Assembly (NCBI GenBank): GCA_963797095.1
Contig: CAWCNY010000007.1
Coordinates: 64,001-128,000, forward strand
Origin: an uncultured Chloroflexia bacterium
GTDB taxonomy: Bacteria; Chloroflexota; Chloroflexia; QHBQ01; JADMIH01
DNA length: 64,000 bases
Direction of reading: 5' to 3'
A program made the position numbers and the translations under genes. Shown piece by piece: positions 28,945 to 39,175 of this stretch. The notes beneath the pieces are model-generated. The model saw nothing but the letters and a program-made list of their open reading frames with translations. It had not been told where the DNA came from and did no database searches. Every line of letters begins with the position of its first letter. The first letter of the stretch is position 1.

Positions 28945-29416
28945 ACCGGGCTGGCATAGGAAAATAGTACTGAATCTAGTAATCCGATAGTGTGATGCGA
29001 ACATCACGGCAGCAATCTATGATAATCCTGTAGAGTTCCGTTCGTACAATAAGGGATTGGTCCCTATATGTGTACGGAATCCATCGCCCCTACGCGACAA
29101 AGATTCAGTAAACGTGTGTGTAGCCGCCCCACACGCGCTATCACAGGAGCAAATCGATACCACAGTATTGTGGGCCACTTTCTGCCATGTTCAAGGAATG
29201 GGCACCCCGGTTTATTGTGCAAAACAGCCTTGAAAGTGGCATTAGTACGAATGGCAAAGCGATACTAGTACCTACTGCACCTGTGCCTGGCGACAGCGAT
29301 CATATATAAGTATGGTACGGGTACAAAAGCGGACAGACTCGTTGCCGATGTGCTATTATGAGGCGGAGTAAAAGTCGGCTTTTCCCGTCAATGGAGTTTC
29401 TCGGGGAGTTCATTTA

Positions 29417-32400
29417 ATGTCCAGACGCGCATGGGCGTACATCTGGTTAGTATTCGTTGCCACGGGCGCGGCAATGGGTGTTGCCTTGCTCTCGTTCCCA
29501 GTTGGGTCAGCCAATTGGGGCACTGTGCTCGCCTTCGTGGTGCTCGCTACCCTGGCACAACTCTTTAAGGTAGAAGCGCCGAGCAACCAGACCTATTACG
29601 TAACCACCATATTCTTGTTCGCGAGCGTCCTATTGCTCAACCCGGCGCTCTTTACGCTGGTAGTGGTCGTCTCCTATCTCGTAGAGTGGATCAAGGAGCG
29701 CATCGTCGATAGCCCGCTCCTGCGCAAGTGGTACCTCCAACCGTTCAACATCTGCACGCATGTGCTGGCGGGTTTCGCCGCCAAGGGCGTGTATGTGGCT
29801 TTCGCTTCCAGCACACCCAACCAATTAGCTACCCCCGAATTCTTCACCATCGAGTCGGTGGTGGGCGTGGCAGCCAGCGTAGCTACCTATGTAATAGTGA
29901 ATCACACGATGATAGGGCTGGCGCTTGTGCTGGCGCGCAAAGTCTCCTGGCGCGAGTCGCATATCATGGACCCGGAAGCCCTCCTCACCGAGTCGGTGTT
30001 GTTGCTGATGGGAGCCGTAACCGCGGCCCTCTGGATGATCAACCCCTGGCTCGTACTGCCCGCCCTGTCACCACTCCTCCTGATCTACAAGACCCTCACT
30101 ATCCCGCAGCTAAAGCACGACGCGCGCATCGACAGCAAAACCGGATTGCTCAATGCCAAGCATTTCACCGATTGCTTTGCCGCCGAATTGGACCGGGCCA
30201 GGCGCTTCAACAGGCCCCTCTCTCTCATCCTGGCCGACCTCGACCTGCTCAGGAACGTCAATAACACCTACGGCCACCTGGCCGGAGATAAGGTGCTGGC
30301 CGAGATCGGGCGAGTAATACAGAGCACCATCCGCGAATATGACGTAGCCGGTAGGTTCGGCGGCGAAGAATTCGCCATCGTGCTGCCCGAAGTTGAGATA
30401 GATGAAGCACGCTTGATAGGTGAGCGCTTACGGGAAGCCGTCGAGCAGACGAACATTGATATCGCCACCAGCGATACTCCTATTCAGGTTACTATGAGCC
30501 TGGGTATCGCCTCCCTAACGCTCAATACAAGCAACCTGACAGATATGCTCCACTCGGCTGACGTGGCAGTGTACCAGGCCAAGTTGCAGGGCCGCAACCG
30601 GGTGATCTGCATCTCGGACGTACCGCACTCGCTCGACCTTGAGAAACTGGGGGTTTCCGAGAGACGATCCATACCGACCCAGACTTACCAGTTCGTTCCG
30701 AGGCCCATGCCCACGGGGGACTATTCGAGTTATGTCAACGTCAATGGCGGCAGCAACGGCAACGGGCACAAGACAGAGATGCCCAGCGTCGCGGCGAACG
30801 CACCCGGAAGCGATTCGCACCTTGCCGAGGCAGCCATACGACCTATAATGGCCCAAGGTTCCGAAGACGGCGACCACCAGACCACAACAGGCTGGACCCT
30901 ATCAACTTTAGACACCGTAGACCCGGCTGGAACCGACAATGGAGCCTCGCATCCAGAGCATGAAGTAGAAACCCGCAAACAAACCAATACGCTGCCCAAA
31001 GCGCCCGACCAGACCAGGGCGCAGGTATTGCTTACGCTGTTCGTGGGGGTAGTGATCGCGCTTGGGCTGTTCGCTGTGGGTGCGGATGCCCTCCAGAGGT
31101 TCATGAGCGGGAAATTCAACTACACGATCACCGACGTGGCAATGGTCGGCATCCTCATCATAATGGCGATGCTGGCCGAGTATTTCCAGATCACCCTCTA
31201 CGGGCCGGATACCCTGTCGGTGTCTATGGCCCTCAACTTCGCGGCAGCGCCGATCATGGGCGTGCCAGGAGTGGCGGCGGTGAGCCTGGCGATCGCGCTG
31301 GTGCACTACATACGCCGCAGGCCCGCGATCTATAAGACGGCATTCAACTGGGCAACCCACCTGCTGGCGGGGCTGCCCGCGGTGTTCTTCGTTACCGGCG
31401 TGCGCGACAGCCAGTACCTGGGCACGATGGCTGTGCTGGCAATATCGGTGCTGGCAGCCTCGGCGGCCTATTTCGTCGTAGATACGGGCCTGGTAGCCAC
31501 CGCCATCGCGCTCTCCAGCGAAAGCAATCCTGCGGTGGTCTGGAAAGAGCGCTACCAGTGGCTCGCCGGGCACTACGTGGCGCTGGGCATCACCGGCCTC
31601 TTTATCACGGTGGCCTACGTCGCCATTGGCCCGATCAGCGTGCTGGCTTTCCTCGTACCTATCGCCATGATGCGATATGCCCAGAAGCAGTACGTGGATC
31701 GCACCGAGAGCAGCGTGCGCGAGCTGAAGCGCATGAACGCAGAGCTTACCCACGCCAACCGCGAGGTGGGGCTTGCCAACCTGGCGATCCAGGAATTGAA
31801 CGAAGAACTGTTCCTGACCCTTTCCAAGATCATCGACGCCCGAGACCCGTATGTGGGTGGGCACGCCGCCAAAGTCGCCGATTATGCAATCGCCATAGCC
31901 CGCGAGCTTCACATGCCAGAGCACAAGCTTGAGCCTCTGCGGCAGGCAGGCTTCCTCCATGATATAGGCAAGATCGGCATCTCCGAGCAGGTGCTCCATA
32001 AGCCCGACAAGCTGACCAGCGAAGAGTACGAATATGTGAAGAAGCACGCCGCGCTGGGAGGCGAGTTCCTGGAGACGTGCCGTGGCCTGCGCCATCTCGC
32101 GCCCTTCGTACGCCACCACCACGAGCGCTGGGACGGCAGGGGCTATCCCGACAGGCTGGCAGGCGACGATATCGAGATAGAGGCGCGTATCCTGGCGGTA
32201 TGCGACGCGGCGGAGGCAATGGCCTCAGATCGCCCGTACCGCAAAGGTATGTCGCTTGACGAGATGATCAACGAGATCAGGCGATGCGCGGGCACGCAGT
32301 TCGACCCGGCGGTGGCGCAGGCGTTCGTACTGGTTGTAGAGCGAGAGCGCGACCGGCTGGTTACCAACTCGGCGCAGGAAGTTATGAAGAAGTACACCGA

Positions 32401-32527
32401 CAACGGCATCCTCTCGCCGGTAAGGAACGGGGCAGCCCCCGTCCAGAAGACCCCTAACCAGCACCCCGAAGCGCCCGGCCTGGCGGTGGCTATAACGCAA
32501 ACGACCCGCAGACCCCATACGGCTTAG
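29417..32527 (+). CDS. Membrane diguanylate cyclase / HD-GYP phosphodiesterase hybrid
   Basis: TM domain, NNTYGHLAGD, REYD I-site, RFGGEEF; second TM domain; LHDIGKI, HHERWDGRGYP, RPYR. Confidence 0.93.
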   Translation: MSRRAWAYIWLVFVATGAAMGVALLSFPVGSANWGTVLAFVVLATLAQLFKVEAPSNQTYYVTTIFLFASVLLLNPALFTLVVVVSYLVEWIKERIVDSPLLRKWYLQPFNICTHVLAGFAAKGVYVAFASSTPNQLATPEFFTIESVVGVAASVATYVIVNHTMIGLALVLARKVSWRESHIMDPEALLTESVLLLMGAVTAALWMINPWLVLPALSPLLLIYKTLTIPQLKHDARIDSKTGLLNAKHFTDCFAAELDRARRFNRPLSLILADLDLLRNVNNTYGHLAGDKVLAEIGRVIQSTIREYDVAGRFGGEEFAIVLPEVEIDEARLIGERLREAVEQTNIDIATSDTPIQVTMSLGIASLTLNTSNLTDMLHSADVAVYQAKLQGRNRVICISDVPHSLDLEKLGVSERRSIPTQTYQFVPRPMPTGDYSSYVNVNGGSNGNGHKTEMPSVAANAPGSDSHLAEAAIRPIMAQGSEDGDHQTTTGWTLSTLDTVDPAGTDNGASHPEHEVETRKQTNTLPKAPDQTRAQVLLTLFVGVVIALGLFAVGADALQRFMSGKFNYTITDVAMVGILIIMAMLAEYFQITLYGPDTLSVSMALNFAAAPIMGVPGVAAVSLAIALVHYIRRRPAIYKTAFNWATHLLAGLPAVFFVTGVRDSQYLGTMAVLAISVLAASAAYFVVDTGLVATAIALSSESNPAVVWKERYQWLAGHYVALGITGLFITVAYVAIGPISVLAFLVPIAMMRYAQKQYVDRTESSVRELKRMNAELTHANREVGLANLAIQELNEELFLTLSKIIDARDPYVGGHAAKVADYAIAIARELHMPEHKLEPLRQAGFLHDIGKIGISEQVLHKPDKLTSEEYEYVKKHAALGGEFLETCRGLRHLAPFVRHHHERWDGRGYPDRLAGDDIEIEARILAVCDAAEAMASDRPYRKGMSLDEMINEIRRCAGTQFDPAVAQAFVLVVERERDRLVTNSAQEVMKKYTDNGILSPVRNGAAPVQKTPNQHPEAPGLAVAITQTTRRPHTA

Positions 32528-32594
32528 CTCGGTTCTAATCTAACTCAAAGGTTTCTCCAATCTAACTTTAATCTTGATAGCTTACAATAACCTT

Positions 32595-32820
32595 GTAAGC
32601 ATGATTGAAGACTGATTCTCAAAGCTCCTTCCTTCTCTTGACGGGGGGCAGGGGAAGCGAGATGAAGCGGTAGGTTACAGAGCAGTAGCGCGCTTCTTCG
32701 TCTCCCTCCCCCTGCCCTTCCGTCATCCCTCCCCCTTTAGTAAAGGCAGCACACGGAAAAAGCATATTTACATGGGGTTCCGCAGGAGGCCGGTCACAGT
32801 GACCGGCCTCCTGTCGCTTT
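32595..32820 (+). ncRNA. Candidate structured sRNA
   Basis: TACAAT -10, long hairpin 32639-32725 with G-U pairs on + strand, pyrimidine-rich flanks, strong terminal hairpin. Confidence 0.45.
32782..32820 (+). terminator. Strong hairpin, probable terminator
   Basis: caggaggccggtcac-a-gtgaccggcctcctg then tcgcttt. Confidence 0.7.
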
Positions 32821-32860
32821 GTTATAATGGCGCGACAAGCTGTGAAGCAGGAGGAAGAGG

Positions 32861-33803
32861 TTGGCAACTTATCACATTGAGCCGGAACGGCGCACCCTGC
32901 ACGGGCACTTTTCGCGGGACCTGCCGCCTGTGCTGACAATTAAGCCGGGGGACAGCATCCAATACCGCACGCTCGATGCCGGTTGGGGTCTGGAGCAATA
33001 CAGGGGCGGCGAAAGGCGCAAGTTCGAGCCGCGCGATCCCGAGTTGGACAAAGGCCATGCTCTCTGCGGCCCAATCTTCATAGAGGGCGCGGAGCCTGCT
33101 ATGACCATCGAAGTGCGCATTGGTGAAATCGTCCCAGGCTCGTTCGGTTGGACGGTGGCCGGGGGCTGGTCCAACCCAACCAATGATTGGCTAGGCGTCG
33201 GCGAAGGCTCAGAACAATGCATCCTCAGTTGGGACCTGGACCCCACCACAATGACCGGGCGGAACCAGCTGGGTCACATCGTCACCCTCAAACCGTTCAT
33301 GGGCGTGCTGGGTATGCCACCTGCCGACCCCGGCACCCACCCAACCGCCCCTCCCCGCGTAACCGGCGGCAATATAGACTGCAAAGAGCTTGTCACTGGC
33401 AGCACTCTCTATCTCCCCATCGCAGTACCGGGTGGCCTATTCTCCGTAGGCGACGGTCACGCCCTCCAGGGCGATGGCGAGTTCGAGCACTACCGCCATC
33501 GAATGCCCGATGGACAAAGTGACCCTGACCTTCAACCTGCGCCCCGATATGCACCTGACCACTCCCCGCGCCAACACCCCCGCGGGCTGGATTACCTTTG
33601 GCTTCAACGAAAACCTACAAGAAGCCACCATGACAGCCCTCGCGGCCATGCTCGAACTGATGCAGGAACATCATAATCTGGAGAGATTGCAGGCTCTCGC
33701 GATGGCAAGCCTGGTGGTTGATTTACACGTAACCCAGATAGTGAACGGCGTAAGAGGTATTCACGCAATCCTGCCGCACAGCGCTGTGATACGTGATACG
33801 TGA
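32861..33803 (+). pseudogene. Acetamidase/formamidase family protein with single-base frameshift near 33482
   Basis: GHALCGPI, GGNIDC, GDGHALQGDGE then STTAIECP continues in another frame; may be a sequencing error. Confidence 0.85.
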
Positions 33804-33910
33804 TACGTGATACGTGATACGTGATACGTGATACGTGATACGTGATACGTGATACGTGATACGTGATACGTGATACGTGATACGTGATACGTGATACGTG
33901 ATACGTGATA
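33786..33910. repeat. Heptamer tandem array (GTGATAC)x~18
   Basis: Perfect 125-bp array overlapping the acetamidase 3' end. Confidence 0.98.
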
Positions 33911-33967
33911 TGCAACTTACTGCATAGGGCATACTGCTTATCTAGTCACGCACCCTCCGACTACCGA

Positions 33968-34144
33968 CTACCCACCCCCATACACCAGCAGATCGGCCCC
34001 GATAAAGGAGAGCAGAGTGCTATCGGGAGAGCCCGGTGCTTTGAAGGGCTGACGCGCTTCAGGAAATAGGAGCAACACCGCCCACCAGAGGTAGACCGCC
34101 ATCCCCTGCACGTACAGGTATGCCACCGCCAATGTGCGTGCCAC
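33968..34144 (-). pseudogene. 58-aa hydrophobic ORF, probably truncated N-terminus of a membrane protein
   Basis: VARTLAVAYLYVQGMAVYLWWAVLLLFPEARQPFKAPGSPDSTLLSFIGADLLVYGGG*; stop supplied by GGTAGTC repeat. Confidence 0.45.
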
Positions 34145-34158
34145 GGCTGCGCCCCGCC

Positions 34159-35562
34159 CTACTTCCCTATGCAGAAGTTGCGGAATATCTCGTCCAGCAG
34201 ATCCTCGCCAACAGTCTCGCCCGTGATCTCTCCCAATGCATTGAGCGCGCTGTGCAGGTCAACCGCCAGCAGCGCCGACACCGCCCCTGACTGCGCCGAC
34301 TGCAAGGCACTTTCTACCAACTCTTGCGCCCTCTGGAGCGCATCACGGTGCCGCACGCTGGTTACTACTGCTTCACCCGGCCTCGGCACCGCCTTGCCGC
34401 TAAGGACAAGGGCGGCCAACCGTTCTTCCAACAGATCAGTACCGTGCCGTTTGACCGCCGAAGCCTCCACCACAGGCACATCGTCCCCAAGCACCTCGTT
34501 TAGGGTGCGCCTGTTCAACTGCTGCTCAAGGTCGATCTTATTCACCACCACCAGCCACGCCGGGGGCGACATCGCCTTGATCTCCACCACAAGCGACACA
34601 TCTTCGTCCGTAAGTTGCTGCGAGCCATCCACCACAAGCAGCGCCAGGTCCGCCATTTCTAATGCCCGTCGTGTGCGGTCCATCCCGATCCGCTCTATCG
34701 GGTCCTCCGTCTCCTCACCTGCGCGCAACCCCGCCGTATCGGTCAGCACCAACGGCACCCCGCGCACGTTCGCCACCTCTTCCAACGTATCCCTGGTCGT
34801 GCCCGGTATTGGCGTAACGATGGCCCGCTCCGTCCTCAACAGCGCGTTCAACAGGCTCGATTTCCCTACATTGGGCCTCCCCACCAGCGCCGTCCTTACT
34901 CCCTGCCTCAACACAATCCCCGTGGTGGCCGACGCGATCAACGCTTGAAGGTCGTCCAGCGCATCCCGCAGTTCGGGCGACACATCGGCGGGCGGCACGT
35001 CATCCTCCGGGAAATCTATAGTAGCCTCAAGGTGAGCCAGCGCGTGCAATAGCCGGGCGCGTATCCCCTTCACGCGCGCCGACAAGCCCCCGCCCAACTG
35101 CTCGACCGCCAGCCGCAGCCCCTCGCCAGTCCTCGCCCTCACCACATCCACCACGGCCTCGGCCTGCGCCAAATCTATCCGCCCGTTGAGAAAGGCCCTC
35201 AGGGTAAACTCCCCCGGCTCCGCGCCCCGCGCCCCCTCGCGCAAACAGAGCGCCAGCAAGCTTTGCAGAGGCACCACCCCACCGTGGCAATCGATCTCCA
35301 CCACATCCTCCGCCGTGTACGAGTGGGGAGCGCGCATCAGCACCGCCAGCGCCTCGTCAACCTTTTCACCGGTCCCGGGGTCGCGCACCATCCCATAAAT
35401 AAGCTTGTGCAACTCCACACTCCCCAGATCGAGCGGCCTCCCCGAAGCAGGCGCAAAAATGCGTGCCATGATGCGCCCCGCGTCCGGCCCGCTCAGCCGG
35501 ATCGTCCCTATTCCTCCTTCGCCGGGCGGAGTGGCTATAGCCGCGATGGTATCAGCATACAT
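34159..35562 (-). CDS. mnmE: tRNA modification GTPase MnmE
   Basis: DTIAAIATPPGEGG, GRPNVGKSS, GTTRD, DTAG, NKID, FCIGK. Confidence 0.98.
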   Translation of the reverse strand: MYADTIAAIATPPGEGGIGTIRLSGPDAGRIMARIFAPASGRPLDLGSVELHKLIYGMVRDPGTGEKVDEALAVLMRAPHSYTAEDVVEIDCHGGVVPLQSLLALCLREGARGAEPGEFTLRAFLNGRIDLAQAEAVVDVVRARTGEGLRLAVEQLGGGLSARVKGIRARLLHALAHLEATIDFPEDDVPPADVSPELRDALDDLQALIASATTGIVLRQGVRTALVGRPNVGKSSLLNALLRTERAIVTPIPGTTRDTLEEVANVRGVPLVLTDTAGLRAGEETEDPIERIGMDRTRRALEMADLALLVVDGSQQLTDEDVSLVVEIKAMSPPAWLVVVNKIDLEQQLNRRTLNEVLGDDVPVVEASAVKRHGTDLLEERLAALVLSGKAVPRPGEAVVTSVRHRDALQRAQELVESALQSAQSGAVSALLAVDLHSALNALGEITGETVGEDLLDEIFRNFCIGK

Positions 35563-35563
35563 C

Positions 35564-36079
35564 CTACTTGACTACCCACAAAGGCAGCCCGCGCTGGACC
35601 GCTACCTGCGCAGCCAGCAATGTCTGGCTGAAAGTCATCATCTCCGTACCCTCGTCCGCGTCCATATCACCGTTATACTTGTCCCACAATCGTTTGAGGT
35701 TCGCCGGGTCGGTCGAAATCAGGCTGGCCGCCGCCAACTGCTCCAACTCGCCAAGAAGTCCCGGCAGGCTCGCGCACTGGAGCCAGGCATCCTCGTCAAT
35801 TTCCAGAGATACAGGCTCGATAGCCATCGGAAGAAACACTCCGCGCCATGCGTCCACCGACAGCAAATTGGGGGCGCTCGGCCTTCCAATCGCCGCTCCC
35901 GCCATCTGCTGTAGCTGCGCCCACCCGAACCACTCCACCTCCTCCGAGCGATATGGGTCGCCGGATAATTGAGATTGTGCAGAATAGTTGAACCTCATGG
36001 CTAGCTCCTGTTCAACCTGAACCGCAAAATCCCCGAAGAAGACATCGGCGGGCGTGCCGACAGTAAAGATCAGTCCCAT
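35564..36079 (-). CDS. Hypothetical protein
   Basis: GAAGGAG RBS, acidic protein-like ORF abutting mnmE. Confidence 0.75.
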   Translation of the reverse strand: MGLIFTVGTPADVFFGDFAVQVEQELAMRFNYSAQSQLSGDPYRSEEVEWFGWAQLQQMAGAAIGRPSAPNLLSVDAWRGVFLPMAIEPVSLEIDEDAWLQCASLPGLLGELEQLAAASLISTDPANLKRLWDKYNGDMDADEGTEMMTFSQTLLAAQVAVQRGLPLWVVK

Positions 36080-36121
36080 ATCTAACCCTATCTCCTTCCC
36101 GTGGCCTGGGAGAGCAAGCGC

Positions 36122-37048
36122 TCAGGGCGCGCTTCCCAATCGCATAGAAAGTTGTTCCCTGGTAGGAATCCCTTCCGCACCCAACCCCTCTATCGCGCAA
36201 GCCGCTGCTGCATGGGCGAACCGGGCAGCCACGATCGAGTTGCGTGTCTCATAGTAACGGACCAGAAAGGCAGCAGCAAACACATCACCCGCTCCGGTAA
36301 GATCGACCGACCGGGAGGCTACGGCAGGCACGACGATTTCGGTTCGATCCCCCGGCGCGGTTAGGGATCCCCTGCTGCCTCCTTGCTCCGGTATATAGTC
36401 TACTACTTCTGCCACCGGGACGAAAATGAAAGCACCATCCTCAGACCGGGTAATCGCCACGACATGGGCCAATCTGCTATATTGCTCGACCAGCCCGTAA
36501 TCCCAACCCAGGTCTTCCATGCTCAGGATCAGGCAGGAACCTGGAGGCAGGTTTGCCAGCGCACCGGGCACGGGCCAGGCAGTTTGCGCCACATGCCCCT
36601 CCGCATTCCAGGACCTCATCCACCCTTGCGGCGTGATCCCAAGCAGGCTATAAGGAAACATCGCGGACATATCGGCGGACAGTTCCTGTGCCACAGGCCC
36701 CAGGTGTACGATAGGCGCGCCTCGCCAGGCCACCGGCACATCGCTCCACTGAATAGCCCTCGCCGGGCTACCTATCCGTTGCGTGCGCCGCCCATCCTCA
36801 TCATACACATTCTCGAACGTAGTGGTTCCGCCCGAATCCACCGCGCACACCCACGCCCCCGCTTCACGCGCCTGGTCCAACAACCCATCGTCATCAGTCG
36901 ATAGCGCCGTCACCATAGCCGCCTGCAACCCCAACCGCTGCGCCGTGATAGAAGCATAAGTAACGGTCCCACCCGCCCTCGCCCCACCACCAGGCAGCAA
37001 GTCCTTCGATACATGCCCCAAGACAAGGTAATCAGGTCGCGCTTGCAT
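36122..37048 (-). CDS. PfkB family carbohydrate kinase
   Basis: GHVSKD, GGTVTY, DLTGAGDVFAAAF. Confidence 0.92.
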   Translation of the reverse strand: MQARPDYLVLGHVSKDLLPGGGARAGGTVTYASITAQRLGLQAAMVTALSTDDDGLLDQAREAGAWVCAVDSGGTTTFENVYDEDGRRTQRIGSPARAIQWSDVPVAWRGAPIVHLGPVAQELSADMSAMFPYSLLGITPQGWMRSWNAEGHVAQTAWPVPGALANLPPGSCLILSMEDLGWDYGLVEQYSRLAHVVAITRSEDGAFIFVPVAEVVDYIPEQGGSRGSLTAPGDRTEIVVPAVASRSVDLTGAGDVFAAAFLVRYYETRNSIVAARFAHAAAACAIEGLGAEGIPTREQLSMRLGSAP

Positions 37049-37111
37049 AGCTCTATTATAAACACACTTTGGATTCAGGTTCGCAGATGTGTAATCCAAT
37101 TAAAGAGAGAG

Positions 37112-37149
37112 CCCCTCCCCAGAATATGGGGAAGGGCTTGGGTGGGGCC
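37112..37149. repeat. REP-like palindrome
   Basis: cccctccccagaatatggggaagggcttgggtggggcc. Confidence 0.5.
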
Positions 37150-37189
37150 TTCGAGGTCGCCCACGTTAGCTAGCTTACTTCACAACAGG

Positions 37190-39175
37190 CTAAGGGTGCT
37201 TCGTCAGATAGAAGGTAGTGTTCGGGTCGGAAGTATTAGTCCTCACCACCTTCAACCGAGTGCCAGCAGCACTATCGAATGATATCCTGTAGGTGTTATC
37301 AGGAGTCTGCATCACCAACGGCTCGCCTTTGAAGGTGATGTTCACCTGGTGCTGAGGCAACGGCCCGCATGGCTGGTCTATACATATACCCTCGAACGAA
37401 TGTATATGGATCGTATCGCCGTTATTGGTGATCACCAGCTTCAGGGTGGTAGGGTCGTTCGCCCACGTCCCATCATAAGAGCTTGTCACCACCTGGTGAA
37501 AGTGCGGGAAATTAGTGTCGTTGAACACCACCCTCAAAGCCGAGTCCCGCAGGTCGTTCAGCATTATCCTGAAGCTGTTGCCGTTGATACTAATCTCGAA
37601 CGGCTCGGCATCGTACTCTTTGGTCTTGCTGTCGCGCTGGCAGATATGCTCCCCGCAAGCCTCGAACCAGGTGACCGTCAATTTCCCGTTGTCGGACTCG
37701 ATCCAGAGCTTGGCAACATTACCCCCTGGCGCATCGTTCAGCCACACACCCTGGTAGTCGCTCGCCTTGGCCCGCCGGAAGGTGGTCTCGTCGGTCTGCT
37801 GCATTACCTTCAACTTATTATTCCCCTGGTTCTCGAACGAGATGCGCAGAGTAACCGTATCGAATATCAACTCAACTACCCCACCGTTGTACTGCTTCGT
37901 CTTGATACCCAGGTCGCAGTCCTGGTCGTTGCACCCGCGCCAGGCATGCACGGTCAGCGTATTTCCGTTGTGGGTGATCCACAGCTTGCCTACCTTCACG
38001 GCAGAAGGTTGAGGATTATCCAGCAGCCACGTACCGTCAAGATCCGCCGCCGTATGTTGAGGCCCCGCGGTAGCAGTAGCGGTAGCGGTAGCACTCGCCC
38101 CCGGAACAGGCGTATCGGTCGGCACAACCGGCGTATCCGTAGCTGCAATGGGTGTGTCAGTAGCAGCGGCAGGAGTATTGGTAGGCTGATCGGGCGGTGT
38201 AGTGGCCGTGGGTTGAGGCTGAACAGTAGGCGCGGGCGTGGGCGACTGGCTCCCATAGCGCCAATCATAATAATGCTGGCCGATATTGCCCATCTGCACC
38301 TTGAACCCGTCCGGCGCGCTAGGCACATAAGTTACCACCCGCCGCTCGAACGCCTGGATCATCACGTCCACGTTCGGCACGTTAGCTATCTTCACCTTCG
38401 CCCAGTAAGGCTCCGAGATCGGCAGCCCCGTTGCATAATACCAGGGCACCGAAAGCTGCGCTGTCTGGTCGTGCCCAGTGGTTGGATCGTAGATCATGCC
38501 CGACATATTCAAGAACTCCCATACCGCTTCGGGAATATTGTGCCCTGTCAAAGGCTCGTGGTACACAAACTGAGTGCCCGGCACACTCACCTTCGAGGGG
38601 TCGTCGCCCACCTGTCCTGCCTTGTTGATGGTGGCGGTGGCAAACTGTCCAACCTCGCTCCCCACCGGGTGCGAGCCAAGCGGCGTGTTGCTCACGCCCT
38701 GGAAGCTCCTGTAAGTAGGTGCGTTGGGATCGTCCGTGTCCGAAGCCAGCGGTATATCCGCAGGCTCGCGATCCACATACGATGCATCGCTAACTTGCAT
38801 CTTGCCTGAAATCAACTCGATAGTCAGCAACCCATTTGTCACATAGAAGGGGTCATTGGGGTTAGCATAAGGATTGTTGATCTCCATCCGGCTCTTATCG
38901 AAATACTGCACAACGCGCTGCCCATTCACACCCTGCGCGTAAGGCTCCAGCAACGGGAGTGTATTGGCCTGGGGGCCCCAGAAGTACGAGCGCTGCACCT
39001 CGCCCAGCGCCACCGGCCTATCGGTGCGCTGCCAGGTAATATCGAAGGCCGGGTCGCCAAACGGGATGGGCTGCGAAGCGTGCGCGGTCAGCGAAGCCGC
39101 CCCCAGACCGGGCAAAAACGACGCTGCTACAGTAACAACCGCCAGATAACACAACGATCGATGAGTAGTCTTCAT
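37190..39175 (-). CDS. Secreted protein: surface domain, PT linker, three GxW-starting beta repeats
   Basis: Signal peptide; WQRTDRPV, VQYFDKSRMEI, QAFERRVVTY, GNIGQHYY; repeats LDGTWL / YQGVWLN / YDGTWAN each with a Cys pair. Confidence 0.85.
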   Translation of the reverse strand: MKTTHRSLCYLAVVTVAASFLPGLGAASLTAHASQPIPFGDPAFDITWQRTDRPVALGEVQRSYFWGPQANTLPLLEPYAQGVNGQRVVQYFDKSRMEINNPYANPNDPFYVTNGLLTIELISGKMQVSDASYVDREPADIPLASDTDDPNAPTYRSFQGVSNTPLGSHPVGSEVGQFATATINKAGQVGDDPSKVSVPGTQFVYHEPLTGHNIPEAVWEFLNMSGMIYDPTTGHDQTAQLSVPWYYATGLPISEPYWAKVKIANVPNVDVMIQAFERRVVTYVPSAPDGFKVQMGNIGQHYYDWRYGSQSPTPAPTVQPQPTATTPPDQPTNTPAAATDTPIAATDTPVVPTDTPVPGASATATATATAGPQHTAADLDGTWLLDNPQPSAVKVGKLWITHNGNTLTVHAWRGCNDQDCDLGIKTKQYNGGVVELIFDTVTLRISFENQGNNKLKVMQQTDETTFRRAKASDYQGVWLNDAPGGNVAKLWIESDNGKLTVTWFEACGEHICQRDSKTKEYDAEPFEISINGNSFRIMLNDLRDSALRVVFNDTNFPHFHQVVTSSYDGTWANDPTTLKLVITNNGDTIHIHSFEGICIDQPCGPLPQHQVNITFKGEPLVMQTPDNTYRISFDSAAGTRLKVVRTNTSDPNTTFYLTKHP

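Noticed and set aside
28945-29416. c-di-GMP riboswitch upstream of the cyclase
   Set aside because: No GEMM-I GGCAAA..GAAA..GACGCAAAG arrangement or class II pattern found by eye
33786-33910. Possible CRISPR array
   Set aside because: Pure 7-bp tandem repeat without spacers; no cas genes in window
33604-33932. ORFs with (VSRITYH)n and similar (TTDYRLP, SSLVTRH, ASGEWRV) peptides
   Set aside because: Translations of heptamer DNA arrays, not credible proteins
37349-38809. 486-aa + strand ORF (similarly 53873-55285 + and 30908-32122 -)
   Set aside because: Antisense to well-supported genes; typical high-GC shadow ORFs without motifs
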